DNA from: an uncultured Nitrososphaerota archaeon
GTDB taxonomy: Archaea > Thermoproteota > Methanomethylicia > Methanomethylicales > Methanomethylicaceae
Direction: 5' to 3'
Length of the DNA: 48,162 nucleotides
Assembly (NCBI GenBank): GCA_964477685.1
Contig: CAYZHK010000003.1
Span: 1-48,162, forward strand
In this document: one piece after another, positions 27,982-36,400 of the stretch
Numbering within the stretch: position 1 is the first letter of the stretch
How the letters are laid out: each line of letters begins with the position of its first letter
Notes under the pieces: generated by a model
Seen by the model: the letters and a program-made list of their open reading frames with translations, nothing else
What the model was told of the DNA's origin: nothing
Database searches by the model: none
Position numbers and translations under genes: made by a program

Positions 27982-28323
27982 TTGGTCAGGAGTGGTCGCC
28001 CGAGTTCGGATCGGGTTGGCGGAAGGTGAGGGTTTGCCAGGCCGTGGTGGAGGCAGGCCGGGGAGGGCGAACAGGATGGATCCCCACATTCCCGACGGAC
28101 CAGCCCCAGTGATCCCTCAGGTTTTTGTATCCCCTTGACGAATCAGGGTTTAGGAAGGCTTCATCCATGGTGATTGCATGTCAAGGGCCCTGATGCCTCT
28201 TGGGGATGTTGCGGTTGATGGGAATTCCGCGGCCTCAGGGTTGCCTGCAGATCTGCCGGAATACTGCCGCACAATGCTGAAGCTTCTGGGAAGGAGAGTC
28301 GGAAGGGTTGGGCCGGGGGTGAA

Positions 28324-28476
28324 ATGATGGAGGTCAGGCTGAAGATAGACGGTAAGGAGGTTCCCCTCAATGAATTCGTGGAGAAGATGCTTGGAGGTAT
28401 GTTGGAGGGTGCCGTGGAGTCCCTGAAGGGAATCGACAGCAATTGGAAGAAGATGGTCATCGAGGTCGAGAGGTAG
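28324..28476 (+). CDS. 50-aa protein absent from the ORF track; resembles the small C-terminal domain of archaeal MobB-type proteins
   Basis: GGGGGTGA RBS, then MMEVRLKIDGKEVPLNEFVEKMLGGMLEGAVESLKGIDSNWKKMVIEVER*; genome-typical codon usage. Confidence 0.75.
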   Translation: MMEVRLKIDGKEVPLNEFVEKMLGGMLEGAVESLKGIDSNWKKMVIEVER

Positions 28477-29218
28477 GCCGCATCGATCGCATTAGGCCTA
28501 TCTGAGGGAATCGGAAGACGCCGATCCCCTCCTCCACAACTATAGGGGTAAAGCTCTCCAGATCGGTTTCCCTGAGGATGGGCGAAAGGAGGCCTTTGGG
28601 GGGCGTCTCATTTATGCCAACGCCGCTCGAGAGGGGGGAGAGGGCGGGCATGACCACCAGCCTGGTCCCCCTGTACTTGCCGATGAGGAAGCACTTGAAC
28701 TTGTACCTTGCCCCCGAGAGGTCCAGCGATGAGACGGCAGGGTGCTCGTGCCCGATTATCAGGGCCCTTGTCCCCCGGGGAACGTCAACTTTCGCGTGGC
28801 CGTGGGCGAATAGATAATCGCCCAGCACCAGTGTTGGCTCGTGGAGCGCGACATTGAACCTCCTCAGGATAGACAGGACATAGTTGTCGTGATTGCCGCG
28901 GACGACGTGTACTTTCAGGCCCTTCCCAAGGAGAGTAGAGAGGAGGTCCTGCACCTCGATCCACTCCTGTGGGGAGGGCTTCCCGAACTCGTGCTTGAGG
29001 TCCCCCAGCAGAACAACGGTTTTGGGGCGAGTCGCTTCGATAAGTTCTTCGATGACCCCCTTCATGTGGCCATAGGAGGCCTGTGGCAGGAAGACCCCTT
29101 TTTCCTTCAGGGCGCTCTCGTAGCCTATGTGGAGGTCTGAGAGGACAAGACACTGTTGGTCCTGGAAAAAGAGGGCAGGGTGCGAATCCGGCACCCTGAC
29201 CCCGCGCATTATGTTCAT
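28457..29218 (-). CDS. ICC-like metallophosphoesterase (COG1407 type)
   Basis: SDLHIGYE, LGDLKH, RGNHD, HGH, GHEHP, MPA.S. Confidence 0.88.
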   Translation of the reverse strand: MNIMRGVRVPDSHPALFFQDQQCLVLSDLHIGYESALKEKGVFLPQASYGHMKGVIEELIEATRPKTVVLLGDLKHEFGKPSPQEWIEVQDLLSTLLGKGLKVHVVRGNHDNYVLSILRRFNVALHEPTLVLGDYLFAHGHAKVDVPRGTRALIIGHEHPAVSSLDLSGARYKFKCFLIGKYRGTRLVVMPALSPLSSGVGINETPPKGLLSPILRETDLESFTPIVVEEGIGVFRFPQIGLMRSMRPTSRPR

Positions 29219-29269
29219 CTGGAATCACAGGCTGGAGCACTGGGCGGACAATCGGCCTTCTTGCTGACC

Positions 29270-30514
29270 CTAGGCCCTCATCAGGTCCTCTTGCTTGAAT
29301 TTGTAGAGGCCCAGGCCCTCAAGTATCTCAAGGAACTCGTCGTCGGAGAGGGCGCCCCTCTTCTGGAGGGATTTTTCGTAGATCGCGCCGAGCACCTCAG
29401 GGAACCTCTCCTGAGGCACATTCAGTCCAAGCTCAGTCAGCTTCAGTCTCAGGTTGAAGGGGCCGCTCTTCTTGCTCAGCAGGACCTTTGGAGGCGGGTG
29501 GTCGATAACCTCCCTAGAGAAGGGGTAGGCCAAGGCGTAGCCGCTCTCCCTTGTCATGGCCAGCCACTGGGCGGACTGGGCAGATTCGATGTTGAAGACA
29601 TTCTCTCCCACGATTGGTTTGTTGGGGCACTGGGGGTACCCGGAGATTTCGGAGACTGTCTTGGAGAGCCTGTAGAGTTCCTCCAGCTTGAGCCTAACTT
29701 CCATGCCCAAGAGCATTTTGGCACCCATGGCCACCTCTCCCAGCGCCGTATTGCCAGCCCTCTCGCCTATGCCATTGACGGTGACGTGGGCAACCGAGGC
29801 CCCCGCCATGATGGCGGCAAGTGTATTCGAGGTAGCCATGCCAAAGTCGTTGTGGCAGTGAATCTCGATGGGTTTCGATGTCATTTTCTTGATATTCTTC
29901 ACCATGTAGAATATGGCATTCGGCATTGCTACGCCGAATGTGTCGGAGATGGCAAAGCTCTCGACATATCTCTCAGTGCCCCTGATCACCTTGGCTATTG
30001 ATGCAAGGTCTGTCCGTGTTGCATCAACAAGGAGGAGGACTGGCCGTAACCCCTCGGAAGAGGCGTAGTTCAGGTTCTCGGTAGCGTCGTGGAGCATCTT
30101 TTTCGCAGTGCTCCGGTAAACCTTCTCTATCAGGAGTGGGCTTGTGGGGAACTCGATAGTGACACCATAGCTGCCGCAATCCTTGGCCGCTGCTATATCC
30201 AGCTTGTTGTTCCGTGCCCAGGAGAATATCTTTACCTCCAGAGTGGCGGCGTTCAGGGCACGGACAGCTTCCTTATCCTCTGACGATGTCCCAGGAGTGC
30301 CTACCTCCAACCTTTCCACGCCAGCGCGGTTGATGGCCCTGCCGATAAGCACCTTATCGTACTTGGTGAAAACAACGCCAGCCTGCTGCTCACCGTCCCT
30401 GAGCGTTACATCGTGGAAGGACAGGCTTTTGGGGAGATCGATTTGAGCCCTAGCCTTTGGATCGAAGTTGAAGGGGCTCACAAACCATTTGTCTGTCTGC
30501 CAAGGGGTATTCAT
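29270..30514 (-). CDS. LeuA/homocitrate-synthase family (DRE-TIM) enzyme without regulatory domain
   Basis: DVTLRDGEQ, SDTFG, HCHNDFGMATSN, VNGIGERAGN, NKPIVG. Confidence 0.85.
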   Translation of the reverse strand: MNTPWQTDKWFVSPFNFDPKARAQIDLPKSLSFHDVTLRDGEQQAGVVFTKYDKVLIGRAINRAGVERLEVGTPGTSSEDKEAVRALNAATLEVKIFSWARNNKLDIAAAKDCGSYGVTIEFPTSPLLIEKVYRSTAKKMLHDATENLNYASSEGLRPVLLLVDATRTDLASIAKVIRGTERYVESFAISDTFGVAMPNAIFYMVKNIKKMTSKPIEIHCHNDFGMATSNTLAAIMAGASVAHVTVNGIGERAGNTALGEVAMGAKMLLGMEVRLKLEELYRLSKTVSEISGYPQCPNKPIVGENVFNIESAQSAQWLAMTRESGYALAYPFSREVIDHPPPKVLLSKKSGPFNLRLKLTELGLNVPQERFPEVLGAIYEKSLQKRGALSDDEFLEILEGLGLYKFKQEDLMRA

Positions 30515-30518
30515 CTTG

Positions 30519-30625
30519 GTAACCTCAGGTTACTATGTGGAGGCGCTTCCAAATATCATTTCGCCATGTGGTGAAAGCAATATATTCATCTGAATATAAC
30601 GGCAAGTTTAGCCAGAATATAACAG
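30519..30625. promoter_or_regulatory. Divergent promoter region with several palindromes, including a ModE-like box
   Basis: GTAACCT-C-AGGTTAC (30519-30533); TTTCGCCA-TG-TGGTGAAA (30559-30576); TATATTCA-TC-TGAATATA (30581-30598); GAATATAAC repeated at 30592 and 30615. Confidence 0.5.
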
Positions 30626-30687
30626 AGTTTTTACAAAGGGAATAAATAATCCTTGGCAATAATTCTCTCTCGTTCAAGTGAATAACT

Positions 30688-31128
30688 ATGAGCGTAATTT
30701 CAGTACAGGAGAAAAAACCTCTCATCAAGTTTGATATGCACAAGTGCGCCTTCTGCAAGCTCTGCGAACTGAGCTGCTCCAAATACCATTGCAATAACTA
30801 TTCGGACGCACTCGCGAGAATCACCGTCATCCGGAAGGGGTACACAATGTTCAGGTATTTCATCTGCACGAGGTGCGACAAGCTCTTCTGCATCACTGCC
30901 TGCCCTAAGAATGCCCTCTCCTACAGGGGGGGCAACATAGTGGTCGATGAGAAGCTCTGTGACTCCTGTGGGAAGTGCGTGAAGGCCTGCCCATTCCATG
31001 GCATCAGGCTCCACCCAGTCACCAAGTTCCCGCTGATCTGCGACCTTTGTGACGGGGATCCGAGCTGCGTCAAGGCCTGCCCCAAAGGTGCACTCAGCCT
31101 AGTGTGGCTGACGGAGACAAGGAAGTGA
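30688..31128 (+). CDS. 4x[4Fe-4S] ferredoxin-like subunit of AOR
   Basis: CAFCKLCELSC, CTRCDKLFCITAC, CDSCGKCVKAC, CDLCDGDPSCVKAC. Confidence 0.88.
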   Translation: MSVISVQEKKPLIKFDMHKCAFCKLCELSCSKYHCNNYSDALARITVIRKGYTMFRYFICTRCDKLFCITACPKNALSYRGGNIVVDEKLCDSCGKCVKACPFHGIRLHPVTKFPLICDLCDGDPSCVKACPKGALSLVWLTETRK

Positions 31129-31130
31129 TT

Positions 31131-32993
31131 ATGATGAAGTATGGCGGATACAAGGGAAAAATCCTGAAGATCAATCTGACGACCGGAGCGATCTCTACGC
31201 TAGCCTTTGGAGACGAGTTCGCAAGGAAGTACCTTGGCGGGAATGGCTTTGCGGCCCGTTACCTTATTGACATGGTCGATCCTTCGATTGACGCCTACGA
31301 CCCGTCCAACGTCGTTGCCATGATGACAGGCCCGTTCCAGGGCTTGGACATTCCGACGGCGGGAAAGTATTACATGGCCACAAAATCGCCCCTCACCAAT
31401 GGCTACTTCGATAGCGTCAGCGGTGGCTACATTGGTGGGCAGATCAAGTTTGCTGGCTATGATGGCCTACTCTTCGCAGGAAAGGCTGAAAAGCCCGTCT
31501 ACATCTTCGTAGACGACTCCAATGTGGAGATAAGGCCAGCTGAAAAAATCTGGGGTAGGCTAACCGGCGAGACCCAAGAGATGATTAAGGAGGAGGTGGG
31601 CGACCCCAACCTCTGCGTCTCTGCCATAGGCCCTGCCGGGGAGAACCGCGTCAAATACGGCTGTGTCATCACAGAGTACAGGGCAGCCGGAAGGGGCGGC
31701 GTGGGGGCTGTAATGGGGTCAAAGAACCTCAAGGCCGTGGCGGTCAGGGGCTCGGGAACAAACCAGCCGTTTGACATGAAAAAGTATGAGGAATGGTTGG
31801 CATGGTACAAGGTTGAGGTGAAGAAGGTTGTTGCCTTAACTACTGGTATGCCAACCTATGGGACTACAGGCCTTGTGGCATCGGTCAATAACCAGTTTGG
31901 TGGGATGGGAACGAGGAATCACCAAGGCGAGTACTTCGAGGGATGGGAAACCCTCTCGCATGAAACGCTTAAGAAGAAATATTGGGTGCAGGACACGGCC
32001 TGCCCGGCCTGCCCCATTGCCTGCAGCAAGGTCTTTACCGTCAGGGAAGGGAAGTGGAAGGGAGCGACTTCAGAAGGGCCAGAGTACGAGACGCTTTACT
32101 CCTTCGGCTCCATGTGCGGGATAAGCGATGCCGGGGCAGTCATCAAGTGCGACAACCTCTGCGACGAGTTGGGAATGGACACCATTAGCTATGGCGTGAC
32201 CATATCTTTCATCATGGAATGCTACACCAAGGGCTTTCTGACCAAGGAGCAGTGCGATGGCGTTGACTTCTCCTTCGGGAACGATGATGCATTAATGGAC
32301 TATGCTGAGAAAACTGCGAAGCGGATCGGCTTGGGAAACCTTATAGCCGAAGGTTCTAGACTGGCTGCCAGGAAGGTTGGGCATGATTCAGAGAGGTTTT
32401 CTATCCAGGTCAAAGGGTTGGAGCTTCCCGGCCATTCGGCAAGGGCCCTGAGGGGAATGGCTCTGGGCTATTCCACAGCAACGAGAGGGGGAAGCCACCA
32501 CGACGCGAGGCCGACAGGAGAGTATGCAGGGGTTTCGGACAGGAAGGCCATAGAGGGGAAGGCGCCATGGGTCATCGGGACGCAGCAAATGACATGCATA
32601 GGAGACAGCCTAGTCCAGTGCCACTTCCTGGAGAGGCTGCTTGGCTTTACCCTAACACCAAAGTATGCGGACATGATTAACCCAGTTACCGGCTTCGGCT
32701 ATTCCTTTGAAGAGCTCCGTGACGTGGCCGAGAGGATCCTTGACCTGGAAAGGGTATTCAACATCTTGGCAGGACATAGAAGAAAAGACGACAACCTCCC
32801 CAGGAGGTTCCTTGAGGAGCCGATACCGGAAGGTGTCTCCAAGGGGATGCACACGGACGAACCAACACTGAACAAGATGCTGGACGAATTCTACCCACTC
32901 AAGGGGTGGGACAAGGTCACTGGCATCCCTACAAGGGAGAAGCTTGTGCGTGTAGGGCTTGAGGATGTGGCTGAAAAGCTGAAGGGGCTCTAG
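31131..32993 (+). CDS. aor: Tungsten/molybdenum aldehyde:ferredoxin oxidoreductase family protein
   Basis: YLGGNG, KSPLT, AGYDG, IGPAGEN, AGRGGVGAVMGSKNLKAVAV, CPACPIAC, EGPEYET, DELGMDTIS, RGGSH, DDNLPRRF. Confidence 0.93.
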   Translation: MMKYGGYKGKILKINLTTGAISTLAFGDEFARKYLGGNGFAARYLIDMVDPSIDAYDPSNVVAMMTGPFQGLDIPTAGKYYMATKSPLTNGYFDSVSGGYIGGQIKFAGYDGLLFAGKAEKPVYIFVDDSNVEIRPAEKIWGRLTGETQEMIKEEVGDPNLCVSAIGPAGENRVKYGCVITEYRAAGRGGVGAVMGSKNLKAVAVRGSGTNQPFDMKKYEEWLAWYKVEVKKVVALTTGMPTYGTTGLVASVNNQFGGMGTRNHQGEYFEGWETLSHETLKKKYWVQDTACPACPIACSKVFTVREGKWKGATSEGPEYETLYSFGSMCGISDAGAVIKCDNLCDELGMDTISYGVTISFIMECYTKGFLTKEQCDGVDFSFGNDDALMDYAEKTAKRIGLGNLIAEGSRLAARKVGHDSERFSIQVKGLELPGHSARALRGMALGYSTATRGGSHHDARPTGEYAGVSDRKAIEGKAPWVIGTQQMTCIGDSLVQCHFLERLLGFTLTPKYADMINPVTGFGYSFEELRDVAERILDLERVFNILAGHRRKDDNLPRRFLEEPIPEGVSKGMHTDEPTLNKMLDEFYPLKGWDKVTGIPTREKLVRVGLEDVAEKLKGL

Positions 32994-33029
32994 CCCCCTT
33001 AGTCTCTCTTTTTTTCCCTTTTTTTACTT
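32994..33029 (+). terminator. Oligo-T terminator of the aor operon
   Basis: CTCTCTTTTTTTCCCTTTTTTTACTT directly after the TAG. Confidence 0.6.
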
Positions 33030-33428
33030 TCATGGGGCAGATTGGCCCTTTGCCTTGTTCAGCTGGGTTCTGATCTCCTTCACGAGGTTCGACATATCCT
33101 CCGGCTTCATTGGTTTGCTCAGGAATTCGTCCGCCCCGCTCTCCATGCTGAGCCTAAAGTCGACCTCTCGCCCCAGCACGGTGAAGATGATGACCGGTAT
33201 CTTCCTTGTCTTTTCCTCGGCCTTCAGCGCCTTGCAGACCTCGAAGCCACTCTTGCCAGGCATCACAACATCAAGGAGTACGAGGTCAGGCGCCTCGGTA
33301 GCCATCATGGCCAGGGCCTGTTCCCCGTTGGAGGCCTGGGCCACCTCATAGCCCGCCCCCTCCAGCATCATCTTGGTCAGGTTCCGCACATCGGCTTCGT
33401 CGTCTACCACAAGTATTTTTTCAGGCAT
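33030..33428 (-). CDS. Stand-alone response regulator receiver (CheY-like)
   Basis: ILVVDDE, LLDVVMPGKSG, IIFT, GADEFLSKP; no output domain. Confidence 0.93.
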   Translation of the reverse strand: MPEKILVVDDEADVRNLTKMMLEGAGYEVAQASNGEQALAMMATEAPDLVLLDVVMPGKSGFEVCKALKAEEKTRKIPVIIFTVLGREVDFRLSMESGADEFLSKPMKPEDMSNLVKEIRTQLNKAKGQSAP

Positions 33429-36400
33429 TCATGTTTTCCCCATTGTATGGTATTTTTTTCGGTAGGAGAAAGATAAACCTCGCCCCTGTCCCTTCGCCAT
33501 CCGATTCGACCCAGATCTTGCCGCCGTGGGCCTCAATCAGATCCTTGGTGACGCTGAGCCCCAACCCTGTTCCCCTCACGTAGGTGGTCTTTTTTATCGC
33601 TGTGAAAGGATCGAAGACACGCTCGAGGTCTTCCTTCCTGATACCCATTCCATTGTCGGAAATTTCGACGCGGTGGTTGTTCCCCTCTGAGCCCACCCAG
33701 ACGGTTATGCTGCCCCCTTCCCGTGTGAATTTGGAGGCATTGCTCAGGAGGTTCGTCATCACCTGGTGGAGCCTCAGCTGGTCTCCCTCCACAAAGAGGG
33801 GCTGACCGAGCCCCTCGAGGTTCAGTCTCTGCTGCTTCTCCACTATGAAGGGCTTCAGCTCCTCGACGCAGTCATTGATCAGGGCCTCCAGGTCCAGCCG
33901 CTCCAGCTCCAGCGGTATCTTTCCGGATTCCATGCGCCGGACGTCCAGGATGTCGTTGGTCAGCCTTATCAGGCGGTTGGTGTTCCGCTTCACTACCTCA
34001 AGATTCTCCTGGATCTTTGGCGGTATTGGGCCAAGCTTGCCGGTGAGTATGTAGTCCAGATAGCCCATCATGGAGACGAGGGGTGTCCTCAGCTCATGGG
34101 AAATATTCGAGAGGAACTGTTCCCTGATCCCCATGATGTTCCTCAGCTCCGCCTCGGCGAGCTTCCTCTGGGTAATGTCCTTGCCGATAAGCACTGCTGA
34201 CTCATTGCCCATGGCCTTATCCTGGATAAGGCCGACGGACAGGGCGAGGGGCACTTCCTTATCCTTGGCAACGATGGTGAGCTCCAGGTCTTTCATGTTC
34301 CCGCTTGCGTAGAGATCCTTCATCCTCTCCATTATCCTGCCCCTGTCGCCCTCCTTTACGAATTCCAGGTAGTTCCTTCCGATGAGCTCCTCCCTCCCCC
34401 CCATGGACAGGAGGCTCAGGCTCGCCTGGTTGCATTCCGAGATCCGCCCGTCTGCCTCTATCACCACCATCGGATCCGGGGACGACTCGATAATCTTGCT
34501 GAACTTCGCCTGGCTAAGGGCCAGCTCCCTAGCCCTCTCCTCCACCATCTCGGCCAAATGCCCGGTGTATTTCCTAAGCTCGTCCTCCATCCTCTTCCGC
34601 TCTGTGATATCCGAGAGGGCTCCTTCATAGTAGAGGGTATTGCCCCTGTTGTCCTTGACGACATGGGTATTTTCAAGGACGGTGATCATGTGGCCGTCTT
34701 TCCTCTTGAGGACAAGCTCGTTGTTCTTGATCTCGCCCCTCTCTTCCAGGAGGCGGGTATTGATCGTGCGGTCCTCCAGGTTGGCATAGAGATCCTTTGC
34801 GATGTCCACTGAGAGGAGTTCCTCCTTGGAGGAGTAGCCCAAGGTCTTTACAAGCGCATCATTCACCTTCAGCAGCTTCCCATCCACACTGCTCTGGTAG
34901 AGGCCGTCGGGCAGGTTCTCGAAGAGGCCGCGGTACATGACTTCCGAAACCTGGAGGGCCTCCTCCGCCTCCTTCCTCTCGGTTATGGGTATCACTATCT
35001 CCAGAGCCAGGATCACGCTCCCCTTGCTGTTTTTGATGGGCGTGGTGATTATCTGGGACCAGACGGGCCTGCCGTTGGAGTCGGTGCTCATCTGCTCGTG
35101 CTTGTGGATGGGCTCGCCAGCAAAGACCCTCTCCAGACCGCAGCCCTCGCAGACGCCATCGAGGTTGTGGATGGCCGAATAGCAGCACTGCGTCTCCACG
35201 TCGCCGAAGAGGTTCCGCATCACGCTGTTGGCCCAGATGGTGCGGTAGTCCCTCGATATGATGGAGACGCCTATGCTGAGGTTGCTGGTGATGAGCTCCA
35301 GCTTCTCATTCTTCGTCCTCAGCCTCTCCTCCATTAGCTTCCTCTCGGTAATGTCGGTCACCAGGGAGAGGAGGCCTGAGAACCCTCCATCCTCGTCAAA
35401 GAGGGGGGTTGTGTGGAGGAGGGCATGCATCCTGGACCCGTCCTGCCTTACGAAGACGAAGTCGCGCTGCGCCTTGATGCCCTTCTTGTGGAGCTCCAGG
35501 TTCTCCCTTGCGTCCTTCCGCCCATCCTCCTCGATAAAGTCGAAGATCGGCCGCTCTAGGATCTTTTCGGTGGGCATCCCCAGCATCTCGCACATCCTCT
35601 GGTTCACGAAGGTGGTCCGGTCCTTGGCGTCCAGAACCCAGATCCCTTCGTAGGCGAGCTCCACGAGCTGCTGGTACTTCTCTTTGCTGGTCCTCAGCTC
35701 ATTCTCCATCCTCTTCCTATCGGTGATATCCCTGAAGATGACCTGGATGGCTGCCTTCCCCTTGAAGATGAAGGGGAGCGCTGTGACCTCCATGTCTATG
35801 ACCCTCCCGTCCAGCCTCGTGAACTTCCTTTCCAGCAGCGGCTGGATGACCCTCGATGCCCTTCCGACCTTCTCCTCCAGTATCGACTGGTAGTCGGGAT
35901 GGACAAAGTCCAGAGACCTGCACCCTATGATCGACTCAGGGTACTTGGCGCCGATCATCTTGGCCCCGGCCTGGTTGATGTAGGCGATCTTTCCATCCTG
36001 GATGATCACAACGCCGTCGGTGGAGAACTCCACAAGCCTCCGGTACTTGTCCTCGGATTCCTGGAGCTCCTCCTCCATCCTCCTCCGCCTGATGGCCAGG
36101 GCATAGTACTCGCCCATCCTGCTGATGGCCTCCAGGTCCCTGTCGTTGTAGTCCCTGTGGGAGTTGGCCAGGGCTATCTGCCCAACCAGCTCGTTGCCCA
36201 GCAGGACCGGCACGGAGAGGAACCTCTTCAGGGGGATGTGCCCCATGGGCGCGCCGCGGGCCGATGGGTGCCTGTCCGGGGTGTTGGTGTAGAACCCGAT
36301 ATGGGTATTGAGCGCATGGCCCCAGAGGGACTCGTAGATGCCGCCCTGCATCCTGGGGAAGGAGAGCTGGGCCCCTTTATGGTTGACCCTGCACTCGCCC

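Noticed and set aside
27982-28323. RNase P or SRP RNA
   Set aside because: Conserved signatures (GAGGAAAGUCC; the SRP helix-8 motif) were not found on either strand.
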